NCBI GenBank assembly: GCA_963717525.1
Contig: OY970343.1
Span: 1,952,001-2,016,000, forward strand
Reading direction: 5' to 3'
From: an uncultured Methanoregulaceae archaeon
GTDB lineage: Archaea; Halobacteriota; Methanomicrobia; Methanomicrobiales; Methanospirillaceae
DNA: 64,000 nt
Below are positions 11,105-23,576 of this stretch, piece by piece. Within the stretch, counting starts at the first letter, position 1; the number at the start of each line of letters is the position of its first letter. A model generated the notes under the pieces. That model made no database searches. It was not told the DNA's origin and saw only the letters and a list, made by a program, of their open reading frames with translations. The translations under genes and the position numbers were made by a program.

Positions 11105-12303
11105 GCACCATATTCTGGGAGATCTCGAAAAGGAACATCCGGATCCATATGCTCCGGTCGAGCCTTGCGATGCTCGGGATCATCATCGGTGTTGTTGCCA
11201 TCGCATCCATGGGCATCCTCGGGAACAGCATGGTACAGGTCGTTTCCGCGAGTCTTTCTTCCGTAGGGGATAGCGTGATTGTTATGCCGTATGTCGGGGG
11301 CGGCACGGGCTTTGGCGGCGGTGGGGGAGCGAGCTCGGCGAACCTGATGCTGACCGACCAGAATTACCAGCAGATCAAACGGGTGGTTGCCCCGAACGTG
11401 GCGATCCCCGTCCATTCAACCTCTGAACACATGCAATTGGGTGTCGGGAGCGATGATATTGTGGCTACCATTTACGGGCTCCCGCCGGACCAGACAAAAG
11501 ATCTCCTTCCCGATCTCACCGCCGGCGATTACAACAACGGGAACTCCGGCTGCCTCGTGGGAGCGACCTTTGCAACGGACCACAACGTCAAGGTCGGTTC
11601 CCGTATTTCCATCGGGACCGGTGGACAGTATGGCACGCTCAGGGTGACCGGAATTATCGCGGAAAGGGGGATGAGCTTTGATATCAGTACCGATAGCGCC
11701 ATTGTCGTGACACAGGACTGGTTTGAAAGCACGTACAACGATCAGGATGAATACAACGAAGTGGTCGTGAAGGTCACCAGCGGCGATACAGCAGATGTAA
11801 AGACAACGATCGAAAACCAGCTCAACCGGAACATCAAACAAAAGACCGTGACCGTCATCGACAGCAAGGCAACGCTTGCCACCATCTACCAAACCTTTGG
11901 CACGATCACGACCTTTGTCACGGCAATTGGCGGTATCTCGATGCTCGTTGCCGGTGTCTCCATCTTCAACATCATGATGATGTCAGTCAACGAGCGGATC
12001 AAGGAGATCGGGATCATGCGCAGTATCGGCACCCAGAAAAAGGAGGTGATGAGCATGTTCATCTACGAGGCCGCCATCATCGGTGTGATCGGAAGCCTGA
12101 TCGGGGGGGTCCTCAGTGTCCTTGGCGGGTACGCGATCAGCGCCCTGATGCTTAAGACGACTGAGTACCTCTTTACCGTGTCGAGCATGATGTCTGTGGT
12201 CGAGGGAGTGGGATTCGGGATCATCATCTCCATACTCTGCGGGTTATACCCTGCGTGGCAGGCGGCAAACCTCAGCCCGATCGATGCCTTGCGGCACGAG
12301 TGA
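11101..12303 (+). CDS. ABC transporter permease (MacB/FtsX type)
   Basis: LGIIIGV, ERIKEIGIMRSIG, PIDALRHE; ATGA overlap with the ATPase gene. Confidence 0.95.
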   Translation: MSTIFWEISKRNIRIHMLRSSLAMLGIIIGVVAIASMGILGNSMVQVVSASLSSVGDSVIVMPYVGGGTGFGGGGGASSANLMLTDQNYQQIKRVVAPNVAIPVHSTSEHMQLGVGSDDIVATIYGLPPDQTKDLLPDLTAGDYNNGNSGCLVGATFATDHNVKVGSRISIGTGGQYGTLRVTGIIAERGMSFDISTDSAIVVTQDWFESTYNDQDEYNEVVVKVTSGDTADVKTTIENQLNRNIKQKTVTVIDSKATLATIYQTFGTITTFVTAIGGISMLVAGVSIFNIMMMSVNERIKEIGIMRSIGTQKKEVMSMFIYEAAIIGVIGSLIGGVLSVLGGYAISALMLKTTEYLFTVSSMMSVVEGVGFGIIISILCGLYPAWQAANLSPIDALRHE

Positions 12304-12360
12304 TATTCCTTTTTTTCACAGGGATACTTCTATTACCGGCCGGGTATACCCTTCTCTTAT

Positions 12361-13269
12361 ATGGCGGGGATTGTTTTCCCAAAAGACTACGGCGATATTG
12401 ACTGGAACGAGGTCTGGAAGGCCCGGCAGGACCGGTATGATGCCGCACAGATCCCCGGGGATACCTCGCATGACTGGGACAAAAAGGAGAATGCGGAACG
12501 GTACGCGGCACAGTCTGCCGGTGAATTCGAGAAACGGATCCGAATGACCCTTGACGGCCTTTCGGTCAACCGTACGACAAAGGTGCTGGACATCGGCGCC
12601 GGGCCGGGGACACTTGCGATCCCTCTTGCCGGGAGAGTACGGGACATCACCGCAATAGAACCCGGTGCCGGGATGATCACGGCGCTCAGGGAACAGGCAG
12701 ACAAAGAGGGGATCAAAAACATCACCTGTATCCAGAAGAGGTGGGAGGACGTGGATCCCGGCCACGACCTTTCCGGGCCGTATGACCTTGTGATTGCCTC
12801 ACTCTCCCTGACGATGTACGATATCCGGGAGGCGGTGCAGAAGATGAATATGGTCTCGTGTGGCGAGGTCTGCCTGTACTGGTTCGTGGACCTGCCGTTC
12901 TGGGAACGGATGTATGCCGACCTTGTCGTGCCGCTCCACAAGCGGCCCTATTATCCCGGCCCGAAGGCAGACTGCCTCTGGAATGTGCTGTACCAGGCAG
13001 GGATCTATGCAAACGTCGAGATGCTCCCGCTGGACAAGGAGTACCGTTTCCCGTCCCGGAGGGAAATGACGGCATTTTTCAAAAAGAGGTTTGGCGTAAC
13101 GACACAGGAGCAGGAAAAGGTGCTGGATGCGTACCTGTCTCCACTCATGCGTACCGAGGGGGATGATATCGTCATCTCCGGCGAATCCACGTTCGCGAAG
13201 ATCTGGTGGAGAAAAAGTAAGTTACCCCCTGGGGGTTCGCCTCCGGCTGACGGGACATCCTGTTTTTAG
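12361..13269 (+). CDS. Class I SAM-dependent methyltransferase
   Basis: VLDIGAGPGTL motif I; YDLVIAS. Confidence 0.88.
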   Translation: MAGIVFPKDYGDIDWNEVWKARQDRYDAAQIPGDTSHDWDKKENAERYAAQSAGEFEKRIRMTLDGLSVNRTTKVLDIGAGPGTLAIPLAGRVRDITAIEPGAGMITALREQADKEGIKNITCIQKRWEDVDPGHDLSGPYDLVIASLSLTMYDIREAVQKMNMVSCGEVCLYWFVDLPFWERMYADLVVPLHKRPYYPGPKADCLWNVLYQAGIYANVEMLPLDKEYRFPSRREMTAFFKKRFGVTTQEQEKVLDAYLSPLMRTEGDDIVISGESTFAKIWWRKSKLPPGGSPPADGTSCF

Positions 13270-14696
13270 GAAATTACCTCAGGTGCCGACCCCCGTATCT
13301 CGTGGCCCCGCATCCAGGACAGCGCCCCGGCGATCCCGATAATGATGACCGACGCGAGGAGGGCGGCATCGATCCCGCTGATGAATGCATTCGAGACCCC
13401 GCCCACGAGGTTGGTAGTGCCGATGAAGACCTCGAACGCCACATCCCGGGGTATTGAAGCTGCCGATACCGTGATGGCAATGACGAAACTTCCCAGGACC
13501 CCGATATTCTGCACGGTCCGGAGGATGCCGGATATCCCGCCATAGGACCCCTGCGGGGCGTTTGCCATGACCGCACTGTTGTTGGACGGGAAGAACATCG
13601 CCGTCCCGAGGCCGGAGATGCCCGATGCGACCAGAACCTCCCAGAGTGGGGTATCGACCCGAAACGTCACATAGACGAGCGTGGCAAGGATCAGCATCAC
13701 GGTGCCGGAGGTCGCGAGTACCCGTGCCCCGTAGCGGTCGGAAAGCTTACCCATATATGGTGAAAGCAGGCTGCCCACTACGTAGCCCGGGGTGAGGAGA
13801 AGTGCGGCATCAAGAGGCGACAGGGCACGGATCCCCTGCAGGTACATCGTGATCAGGAACACCACCGAGAGGTACCCGAGGCTGAGGAAAAATGCCGCCA
13901 TCATAGAATACCTGAGGATCCGGTTACGCAACGCGGAAAAATCAATAATGGGTCGCGAGGTCCGCCGTTCGAACATCACGAAGAGAGCAATAAGTGCGAG
14001 GCCAAGGCAGAATGTAACAATGTTTGTAAGGGCTGTTCCTTCGGTCGCAAAATCCACACCGGCAAATGAGAGGAAGGTGAGTGCTGCACCCAGCAGGATC
14101 ATACCCGTGAGATCCAGTTTCGCGTGCACCCGGGGATTATCCGTCAGGTACCGGACGCCAAGAATGGTGGCCACGATACCGATGGGGACATTGATAAAGA
14201 AGATGTATTCCCAGCCGACATAGGTTGTGATGATACCACCAAGCACGATACCGAGCATCGCGCCGCTCGTCCAGCCAAGGGAGAGATAACCGAACGCGGT
14301 CCCCCGCGTATTGGGCGGGAAGGAGTCGGCGATGATCGCACCGCTGTTCGCCTGCATCAACGCTCCCCCGACGCCCTGGATCACACGGGACGCGATCAGC
14401 CAATCGATGGCAGGGGAGAGGCCGCAGAAAAGAGATCCCACCGTAAAGATCCCAAACCCGGCGTTGAACATTCGGCTCCTGCCATAGATGTCCCCGATCC
14501 GGCCGAGCTGGGTGGTGCAGACCGCGACGACAAGAAGGTAGATCAGGATTACCCAGAGCGTGGCGATGAAGCTGGCATGCAGGGAATCGGAGATGGTGGG
14601 AAAGGCGAGGATAACAATGGTAGAATCGAGCGATCCCATGAGCGTGCCGAGCATGAGGACGGATATGATGATCTTCTGCTTCGTGTCCATGTGCAC
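13266..14696 (-). CDS. MFS transporter, DHA2/EmrB-like 14-TM efflux type
   Basis: LDSTIV, GRIGDIYGRSR motif A, RVIQGVGGA, WEYIFFINVPIG. Confidence 0.92.
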   Translation of the reverse strand: MHMDTKQKIIISVLMLGTLMGSLDSTIVILAFPTISDSLHASFIATLWVILIYLLVVAVCTTQLGRIGDIYGRSRMFNAGFGIFTVGSLFCGLSPAIDWLIASRVIQGVGGALMQANSGAIIADSFPPNTRGTAFGYLSLGWTSGAMLGIVLGGIITTYVGWEYIFFINVPIGIVATILGVRYLTDNPRVHAKLDLTGMILLGAALTFLSFAGVDFATEGTALTNIVTFCLGLALIALFVMFERRTSRPIIDFSALRNRILRYSMMAAFFLSLGYLSVVFLITMYLQGIRALSPLDAALLLTPGYVVGSLLSPYMGKLSDRYGARVLATSGTVMLILATLVYVTFRVDTPLWEVLVASGISGLGTAMFFPSNNSAVMANAPQGSYGGISGILRTVQNIGVLGSFVIAITVSAASIPRDVAFEVFIGTTNLVGGVSNAFISGIDAALLASVIIIGIAGALSWMRGHEIRGSAPEVIS

Positions 14697-14874
14697 TCTG
14701 ATGTAAGGTTTATGTGACCTGTTAATCTACCTGTCGAAGAGATCACAGGTGCCTGCGACCGGTTGCGGATGGTGCATGTGCCGGGTTGCGCTCTATGCCG
14801 GATCCCTGCACAGAACAGCAAAAGGAGAAACTATCAGGAAACGTGTATTAAAAAAGTGTGGCAGGGCAGGGAAA

Positions 14875-16014
14875 TCAGTTCCCGCCAACTCTTCTGATCC
14901 GACTCATCGCCTCTTTGAGCCGGTCCATCGAGGCCGCGTACGAGAGCCGGATCCAGCCGGGTGCATCGAAAGCGGTTCCCGGGGTGGCTGCCACGTGTCC
15001 TTTTTCGAGCCACCGGGTCGCAATCTCCATGTCGTCACCGGCTACTTTCACGAATGCATAGAAGGCACCGTCTGCCGGTGCGGTCTCGTAGCCCATCAGG
15101 CCGAGTTCGGCCATGACAAACTTCCGCCGCTGGTTAAACTCGGTACGCATCTCTTCCACACAGCGCTGGTCGCCCTTGAGGGCGGCAACGGCACCCCACA
15201 TAGCAAACGTGGTGGCCTGTGAGACCGAGTGCTGCTGCACCTTGGACATCGCCTTGATGATCTTCTGGGGGGCCACAGCGTACCCGAGCCGCCAGCCGGT
15301 CATCGCGTACGCCTTGGAAAAGCCGTTGATCGTGATCGTACGTTCTGCCATGTCACCAATGGCAGCAAGCGAAATGTGCTCTTTCCCGTACACCAGTTTC
15401 TCGTAGATCTCGTCGGACATCGCGTAGAGATCATAGTCCTGGCAGAGATCGGCGACGAGATTCATCGATGTCTTATCAAAGACGGCACCCGACGGGTTCG
15501 ATGGCGAATTGATCACGATCATCTTGGTGTTGGTGTTGACCCGCTCGAGAATCGAGTCATCGAGCTGGAAGGTCTTCTGGTTGACCGCGTGTTTCACGAC
15601 CTTCCCCCCGGCCATCTGGACGCAGGGCTCGTAGGAGACCCACGCCGGAGTGAGAAGAAGGACTTCGTCACCGGGATTAAGAACCGCCTCCATGCCCTCG
15701 TAGATGGCATCCTTGGCCCCGACAGTGACAATCGCCTGATCCGGTTTACAGGAAAACTTGTTCTCTTTTTCGATCTTCTCGCTGATCGCTGCGAGAAGTT
15801 CCGGGATGCCGTCACTCGGGGTATAATGCGTCTCTCCCCGGTTCAGGGCGTCAATGCAGGCATCTCTGATGTGTTTCGGGGTATCGAAGTCCGGCTCGCC
15901 GATAGAGAGGCTGATGACGTCGATCCCCTCCCGCTGCATCTTCTTTGCCCGGTTGGAGATCTCGATAGTCGCCGAGGGGGCGATCCCCGCAACCTTCTCC
16001 GAGAGCGACTTCAT
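14875..16014 (-). CDS. PLP-dependent aminotransferase class I (aspartate aminotransferase-like)
   Basis: [33 protein letters not shown]. Confidence 0.93.
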   Translation of the reverse strand: MKSLSEKVAGIAPSATIEISNRAKKMQREGIDVISLSIGEPDFDTPKHIRDACIDALNRGETHYTPSDGIPELLAAISEKIEKENKFSCKPDQAIVTVGAKDAIYEGMEAVLNPGDEVLLLTPAWVSYEPCVQMAGGKVVKHAVNQKTFQLDDSILERVNTNTKMIVINSPSNPSGAVFDKTSMNLVADLCQDYDLYAMSDEIYEKLVYGKEHISLAAIGDMAERTITINGFSKAYAMTGWRLGYAVAPQKIIKAMSKVQQHSVSQATTFAMWGAVAALKGDQRCVEEMRTEFNQRRKFVMAELGLMGYETAPADGAFYAFVKVAGDDMEIATRWLEKGHVAATPGTAFDAPGWIRLSYAASMDRLKEAMSRIRRVGGN

Positions 16015-16430
16015 TGCAATCGTTTGACAAGCTTTACGGCAGATTCAACGGCGCGCTTCGCATAGTCGATCCGCTCGTTCGCCTCGAGCCGGCTCATGCC
16101 GGGCCCGGAGATGCCAAGCGCCACGGGCTTACCGAACTCTAAGGAGAGGTCGATGATCTTCCGGGCTGCGTGCTGCACTACAATCTCATCGTGCTGGGTC
16201 GCACCTTCGATCACGCAGCCGACGGTGACGATAGCGTCGACTTTTCCGGCCGCAAGCATCTTTTTTATGGCAAGCGGCATGTCAAAGGCACCCGGCACGT
16301 ACATGCATTCGGTCACTTCTGCTCCGAGGAACGCGGCATGCTCCCGCGCCTCGATCTCCATCATGTAGGTGATGTCGCGGTTGAACTCCGCAACGACAAA
16401 TCCCAGTTTTATCGGTTTTGTGTCACACAT
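16011..16430 (-). CDS. ribH: 6,7-dimethyl-8-ribityllumazine synthase
   Basis: [24 protein letters not shown]. Confidence 0.95.
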   Translation of the reverse strand: MCDTKPIKLGFVVAEFNRDITYMMEIEAREHAAFLGAEVTECMYVPGAFDMPLAIKKMLAAGKVDAIVTVGCVIEGATQHDEIVVQHAARKIIDLSLEFGKPVALGISGPGMSRLEANERIDYAKRAVESAVKLVKRLQ

Positions 16431-16473
16431 AACTGATCATCTCATTTTTATCCTCATAAACCTGTAGATAGTC

Positions 16474-18062
<1,589 letters not shown>

Positions 18063-18119
18063 GTGGATCTGCCAATAGTATATTTATATAAACTGGATAT
18101 AAGTTTGGATAGCGTTTTT

Positions 18120-18512
18120 ATGGCAGACGTAAGCATAATCTGCGGATCGGCGTCCGACGCCGCGATTGCCGACAAGGCAAAGAAGGTTCTCGATGAGCAC
18201 AAGGTCTCCTGGGACTACCAGGTGATCTCCGCTCACCGCGACCCGGATAAGCTGGATGCTTATGTCAAAAACTCTCCATGCAAGGTCTATATCGCCATCG
18301 CCGGGCTCTCTGCGGCCCTGCCCGGCGTTATCGCATCAAAGACCGAGAAGCCCGTCATCGGCGTTCCGGTCAGCGGGACCCTGAGCGGCCTTGATGCCCT
18401 GCTCTCCATCGCCCAGATGCCCCGGGGCGTGCCGGTCGCATGCGTGGGGGTTGACAACGGCGACAACGCTGCACACCTCGCGATCCGTATCCTGAAACTG
18501 GCAAAGAAATAA
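18120..18512 (+). CDS. purE: N5-CAIR mutase / AIR carboxylase
   Basis: [30 protein letters not shown]; start at ATG 18120. Confidence 0.95.
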   Translation: MADVSIICGSASDAAIADKAKKVLDEHKVSWDYQVISAHRDPDKLDAYVKNSPCKVYIAIAGLSAALPGVIASKTEKPVIGVPVSGTLSGLDALLSIAQMPRGVPVACVGVDNGDNAAHLAIRILKLAKK

Positions 18513-18528
18513 GACAAATGTTTTTTCC

Positions 18529-18966
18529 ATGCCGATCCTTTCAGACCCGGTCGTATCTCTCGAAGGGGTCTCGCTCCGGAAGGTTTCACTCTCGACCCTT
18601 GACCTTGAGGTGGCGATCCGGGTGGAGAACAATAATCCGGTCGGTGTGACCTTAATGGAATGCCCGTTTAGGGTGCTGTGCAAAAAAGAGGGGAACTATC
18701 GTCAGATTGCGATGGGCAACACCGGAAGCGCGAAGATACCGGCCCACTCAGTCACCGTGCTCAACGTACCGGTCATTTCGCATAATGCTGCTCTTACCGG
18801 GGCGCTCGTATCTTTTGTCACGGGAGGGAGCATCGAGGTAACCATCGAAGGCAACGCGGTCGTGAAGTTCCTGATGGTAACAAAGACGTTCCCGTTTGCC
18901 CGGACCGTGCCGATCACGGTCGCACAGGTCGCCGGGATCGTGACCGGGCAGAAAAAAGACAGATAA
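18529..18966 (+). CDS. LEA type 2 (WHy) family protein
   Basis: V.VENNNPVGV motif; beta-rich. Confidence 0.7.
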   Translation: MPILSDPVVSLEGVSLRKVSLSTLDLEVAIRVENNNPVGVTLMECPFRVLCKKEGNYRQIAMGNTGSAKIPAHSVTVLNVPVISHNAALTGALVSFVTGGSIEVTIEGNAVVKFLMVTKTFPFARTVPITVAQVAGIVTGQKKDR

Positions 18967-18975
18967 GCCGCGGAT

Positions 18976-20283
18976 TTACCGCTTTTTTGTCCCGCTCTTG
19001 TTCCCGGTTTTCCCCTTCTTTTCCGTGCCGAACAGTTCGTTCACCATCTTCACGGCGCACAGATCCCCGCACATCGAACAGGTGTCCGTCTCCCCGTCAC
19101 GGCAGTGGATTGCCCGTGCATGATCGCCGTACAGGGCAAGCCGGAACTGTGCGTCCCAGTCAAGCCGGTGGCGGGCATCCGCCATTTGCACCTCGCACTC
19201 CATCCGGTATCCCTCGTGGCGCCGGACAATGTCCCCCACGTGTGCTGCGATCTTTGCGACCCGGGTCCCCTCGATGATGTCCTCAACGTCCGGCAGGGCG
19301 AGGTGCTCGCTCGGCGAGACCATGCAGAGGAAATCCGCCCCGTTCCGGCAGGCCTCCGCCCCCCCGATGGCCGCAACCACGTGGTCGTAGCCGGGCGCGA
19401 TGTCGGTGACGATGGGCCCGAGCAGGTAGAGCGGGGCATGATCGGTGATCTCCTTGATCATCCGCACGTTGTAGCCTACCTGATCAAACGGCATGTGCCC
19501 CGGCCCCTCGATCATCCGCTGGACGCCCCGGGCAAGGGAGCGTTGTGCGAGCGTCCCGAGCGTCACGTACTCCACCGATTTTGCGAGTTTGCCTGCGTCC
19601 TGAAGGCAGCCGGGCCGCATCCCGTCCCCGAGGCTGATCGTCACGTCATGTTCCGCGAGGATCTCTAAAAGGTAGTCGAACTCGGAAAAGAGCGGGTTCT
19701 CCTCGTCACGGAGCATCATCATCGCGCAGTGGAACGTCCCGCCCCGGCTTACCACCCCCATCAGGCGAGGATCGAGCCGGAGGGCGTCAAGAGCCTGCCG
19801 ATTCACCCCGCAGTGGAGGGTTAAGAAATCCACGCCCTGTGCGCAGTGCTCCCGGATGACCTTAAAGAGCAGGTCGGCGTCAACGTCTGCCGCGTTTCCC
19901 GCCCGGCGCACTGCCTCGTACACCGGCACGGTGCCCACCGTGGTATCGAGAGCGAGCATCTTTTTCCGGATCGCCACGAGATCCCCGCCGGTCGAGAGGT
20001 CCATGATCGCATCGGCACCGTTTGCGAGGGCTGCCCCGGCTTTCTTTTCCTCAAGCGCATAGTCACACCGGGTGCCTGAGGTCCCGACGTTTACGTTCAC
20101 CTTGACCGTGCACCCCTCCCCGATGGCACAGGTATGGTGCCGGCGCTTTGGGTTTGCCGGGATCACGATCCGCCCGGCAGCTATTCGCCGGGCCATCCGT
20201 TCCGCGTCCATGCCCTCCGCCCGTGCCGCCTCTGCGACGGTATCGGGAATACAGGAAGAGCAGCTGCGGATGAGCATATCCAT
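18976..20283 (-). CDS. thiC: Phosphomethylpyrimidine synthase ThiC family radical SAM enzyme
   Basis: KVNVNVGTS, MDLSTGG, SLGDGMRPG, EGPGH, C-terminal CSMCGDLC; start chosen at 20283 (20277 or 20292 possible). Confidence 0.9.
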   Translation of the reverse strand: MDMLIRSCSSCIPDTVAEAARAEGMDAERMARRIAAGRIVIPANPKRRHHTCAIGEGCTVKVNVNVGTSGTRCDYALEEKKAGAALANGADAIMDLSTGGDLVAIRKKMLALDTTVGTVPVYEAVRRAGNAADVDADLLFKVIREHCAQGVDFLTLHCGVNRQALDALRLDPRLMGVVSRGGTFHCAMMMLRDEENPLFSEFDYLLEILAEHDVTISLGDGMRPGCLQDAGKLAKSVEYVTLGTLAQRSLARGVQRMIEGPGHMPFDQVGYNVRMIKEITDHAPLYLLGPIVTDIAPGYDHVVAAIGGAEACRNGADFLCMVSPSEHLALPDVEDIIEGTRVAKIAAHVGDIVRRHEGYRMECEVQMADARHRLDWDAQFRLALYGDHARAIHCRDGETDTCSMCGDLCAVKMVNELFGTEKKGKTGNKSGTKKR

Positions 20284-20317
20284 AACAAACATCTGTTGGG
20301 ATGCTTTATTATTGTGC

Positions 20318-20920
20318 ATGCAGGTCAGGTGGATCCCCGAACAGGGGGCGTTTGCAAACTCGTATATTTTCGGCACAGTCCTCGTGGACGCCGGTCTCCT
20401 TCCCATGGCTATCCGGGAGTACCGGGACGGGATCGACACCATTGTCCTGACTCACTGCCACTTCGACCACATCGCCCACGTAAAAGAGATCGCCCACATG
20501 TGTAAGGCGAAGGTTGCGATCCACCGGGACGATGCCGTGGGTCTTATTGAGGATGCACGGAGCCTCTCGATGCATTTTGGCGCCCGCTCACCCGGTATCG
20601 TGCCGGACATCAAACTTAACGACGGTGACACCATCGGAGGCCTTAAAGTAATCCACACACCGGGCCATACCCCGGGGAGCATCTGCCTCTGGTCAGAGGC
20701 GGACAAGGTGCTCATCAGCGGCGATACCGTATTTACCGACGGGGCGTTCGGCCGCTACGATTTCCCCGGGGGGAGCAGGCAGGCGCTTGAGAGATCCCTT
20801 GACCAGCTCGGGCAACTCGATGTTGAAGGGCTGTACCCGGGCCACGGGGAGCCGGTGGACTGCGGCGGGAAACGGCACATTGCCGCGGCGCGGCAGCTCA
20901 TGAAGGCCGGGTATGGATAA
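20318..20920 (+). CDS. MBL-fold metallo-hydrolase
   Basis: THCHFDH, HTPGHTPG, SGD, PGHG. Confidence 0.92.
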   Translation: MQVRWIPEQGAFANSYIFGTVLVDAGLLPMAIREYRDGIDTIVLTHCHFDHIAHVKEIAHMCKAKVAIHRDDAVGLIEDARSLSMHFGARSPGIVPDIKLNDGDTIGGLKVIHTPGHTPGSICLWSEADKVLISGDTVFTDGAFGRYDFPGGSRQALERSLDQLGQLDVEGLYPGHGEPVDCGGKRHIAAARQLMKAGYG

Positions 20921-21374
20921 GGGGATCTACTGCCTTGTGTTAAAAAACCCGGCCTGCACGGTGCGGGTGGGGGCTCTCGGCCCTGTTTCGTTTGCGGCCG
21001 GCTGGCACTGCTACATCGGTTCAGCCCTCGGTCCCGGGGGCCTGGTGCGGCTTGAGCGCCACTTCCGCCTCGCGGAGCACCGGGACAGGCGCCCGAAATG
21101 GCATATCGATTACCTGCTCACGGATCCCCGGTTCCGGGTCGCGTACGCGGTGAGTGCCCCGTCCACCGGGCGGCTCGAATGCCTGCTGGCTTCTGCCCTT
21201 GCCCCGGGCGGAACGGCTGTGGATCAGTTCGGGTGCAGCGACTGCGACTGCCCGTCCCATCTCCTGTACCGGCGCAGGGACCCGGAGGACGAGATTGTCG
21301 CAGCTTTTACCGGCCTCGGGCTCACTCCCGGGATCAAAACCATCATTACCCCAAAAGGGAAGGGTAACCTATGA
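20913..21374 (+). CDS. GIY-YIG nuclease family protein (DUF123-like)
   Basis: KGIYCL..YIGSA, WHIDYL, FGCSDCDCPSHL. Confidence 0.88.
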   Translation: MDKGIYCLVLKNPACTVRVGALGPVSFAAGWHCYIGSALGPGGLVRLERHFRLAEHRDRRPKWHIDYLLTDPRFRVAYAVSAPSTGRLECLLASALAPGGTAVDQFGCSDCDCPSHLLYRRRDPEDEIVAAFTGLGLTPGIKTIITPKGKGNL

Positions 21375-21925
21375 AAGTTCTCGGGTTGTCGGGCAGCATG
21401 CGCAAAGAGGGGAACACCGCACAGCTCATCCAGGTGATCCTCAGGCAATGTAAGGAGGCGGGGATCAAAACGGAATTTGTCTCCCTTGCCGGGAAAAAGA
21501 TCCTCCCGTGCCTGGGTTGCCTGAAATGCAAAGAGAAGAAGTGGTGCGTGATCGAGGGGGATGACTGGGGGGGCATCGCGCAGAAGGTGCTTGAGTGCGA
21601 CGTGCTCGTGATCGGTTCACCCACCTATTACTACAATATCTGCGGCCAGCTCAAGAATTTCATCGACCGCACGTACTCGCTCTACCATGATCACAAACTT
21701 GCGGGGCGTAAAGGGGTCGTGGTCGCCATCCACGCCTCGGCCGGCGCTGACCGGACGGCAAAAACCATAGAAGGGTTCCTCAACGCCCACGAATTTTCCT
21801 CCCTTGGGACGGTTATCGGAAAAGGGACTGACGAGGGGGACGTGCTCAGCGACGCAGATGCTGTCAGGCATGCCGAGAAGACCGGGGACAGGATCGTCCG
21901 TCTGCTCCGCCCCCACCATGACTAA
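21371..21925 (+). CDS. Iron-sulfur flavoprotein / flavodoxin family
   Basis: SGSMRKEGNT, CxxCxxCx5C, GSPTYY, KNFIDR. Confidence 0.9.
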   Translation: MKVLGLSGSMRKEGNTAQLIQVILRQCKEAGIKTEFVSLAGKKILPCLGCLKCKEKKWCVIEGDDWGGIAQKVLECDVLVIGSPTYYYNICGQLKNFIDRTYSLYHDHKLAGRKGVVVAIHASAGADRTAKTIEGFLNAHEFSSLGTVIGKGTDEGDVLSDADAVRHAEKTGDRIVRLLRPHHD

Positions 21926-22042
21926 AAGAAACCCCTCAGTACCCGTAGCGTTTCCCGGTCTTTCCTTCGCATAGTGCCGATCTCACCGTTGAACAGGGTA
22001 CGATAAAAGGATGATAAAAATGCCCGCGCAGGACGGGCGTGG

Positions 22043-23131
22043 TCAGGCCTTCCGGTAGAGGGTCGTGCGCCGGCAGAGCGTCCGGCCCAGGTCTTCTGCC
22101 ACCCGCTGCATCTCGGCCGGGTCAAGGTAGTCCGTGTTGGATGCCCCGGCGCCCTTGGAGATGCTCTCCTCAAACATCGTGCCGCCAAGATCGTTTGCAC
22201 CGCCGAGAAGGCTCAGCTGCGCCATCTTGATGCCTTCCTTGACCCACGAGACTTGGATATTCCTGAAATTGTCTAAAAAGAGCCGGGCGACGGCTACCAT
22301 CAGGATATCCTCGCGGCCGGTTGCTCCCGCCCGGGCGGTCCCGTTCCGGAAGATCGGGGTGTTCATGTGGATGAACGAAAGCGGGACAAACTCCGTAAAC
22401 CCCCGGGTTTCGTCCTGAAGCTCCCGGAGGATGGCGAGGTGCTGCACCCTGTCCGCATCGCTCTCGCAGTGGCCGTACATGATGGTCGCCGTCGTGGGGA
22501 TGCCGAGGTGGTGGGCCTCCCGGATAATACGCACCCATTCTGCGGTCGGGATCTTCTGCGGGCAGATCTGCCGGCGGACAGGATCGACGAGGATCTCGGC
22601 TGCCGTCCCGCACATCGAGGCCAGGCCGGCAGCCTTCATCTGCGAGAGCACCTCCTTTGTCGTCATGTGGCTCTTTTGTGCCGCGTACGCGACCTCCATC
22701 GGGTTGCTTGCGTGCAGGTGCACGCCCGGAGCTGCATCGGTGATCCAGCGGTAGACATCGCAATAGGATTGCGCGGTAAAGGACGGGTGCAGGCCGCTGA
22801 CCGTGCAGATCTCGGTCACCTTGCGGGACTTTGCAAGTGCCGCTTTCTCCCGGATGACTGCCTCATCGTGGATATAGCACCCCTCGTCGCCCGGCTTCTT
22901 TGAGAAACCGCAGAAACCGCAGGCATTAACACAGATGTTGGTCACGTTGATGTTCTGGTTGCGGACATAGGTGACTGCATTGCCGGCGACCTTCTCCCGC
23001 TTTTCATCAGCAGCAGCAACAATCTTCCAGACATCGCGTTCGTGAGTGGTAAAAAGGCGCATCGCATCTTTTTCGCTGATCCGGTCCCCGCTCACTGCAT
23101 CAGAGAGGATTGTTGAGAGGTCCCTGCCCAT
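22043..23131 (-). CDS. cofH: FO synthase subunit CofH family radical SAM protein (copy 1)
   Basis: TNICVNACGFC, GTAAEIL, ATIMYGH, GANDLGGTMFEESIS. Confidence 0.88.
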   Translation of the reverse strand: MGRDLSTILSDAVSGDRISEKDAMRLFTTHERDVWKIVAAADEKREKVAGNAVTYVRNQNINVTNICVNACGFCGFSKKPGDEGCYIHDEAVIREKAALAKSRKVTEICTVSGLHPSFTAQSYCDVYRWITDAAPGVHLHASNPMEVAYAAQKSHMTTKEVLSQMKAAGLASMCGTAAEILVDPVRRQICPQKIPTAEWVRIIREAHHLGIPTTATIMYGHCESDADRVQHLAILRELQDETRGFTEFVPLSFIHMNTPIFRNGTARAGATGREDILMVAVARLFLDNFRNIQVSWVKEGIKMAQLSLLGGANDLGGTMFEESISKGAGASNTDYLDPAEMQRVAEDLGRTLCRRTTLYRKA

Positions 23132-23248
23132 GCCGTCACCCTTTGTCTATGTGTGTCACACTGTGTCATACTTAACGTAAACCTATCGGAATGCCCGCCC
23201 CCGGAGTACTTATAATGCCGTGGCGCCAATGTCCATTCCGGGAGAGTT

Positions 23249-23548
23249 ATGCAAAAGGTCACCGTTTCGCTGTCGCGCAAGGTCGCCGACGGGTACGTCA
23301 TCCCGCTGGGGCCGGCAAACCTTGTTGCCATCATCACCGATGTGGGGCTGGTCGGGTGCGGAGCTTTCGATGTGGCAGCACTGGACTCGTTCAGCTACCC
23401 TGCGGCAAAAGTCCGCCCTGCAACCGGGCCATCCATCGCGAATACCAACGATATCCTCACCGGTATCATAAAAGAGGTGAACCGGGGGGCGATGGGACGC
23501 GGGATCAGGAACGGCATGACCGGCAGGCAGGCACTGGAACTGATGTAA
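23249..23548 (+). CDS. YunC / DUF1805 family protein
   Basis: GLVGCGAFDV..GIRNGMTGRQAL family pattern. Confidence 0.8.
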   Translation: MQKVTVSLSRKVADGYVIPLGPANLVAIITDVGLVGCGAFDVAALDSFSYPAAKVRPATGPSIANTNDILTGIIKEVNRGAMGRGIRNGMTGRQALELM

Positions 23549-23576
23549 CCGGGCCCCGGCCTGATATCAAAAAATC

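Noticed and set aside
20913..21374. GIY-YIG gene as a homing endonuclease or mobile element
   Set aside because: Short DUF123-type protein overlapping both neighbours, with host-like composition and no intron or intein context
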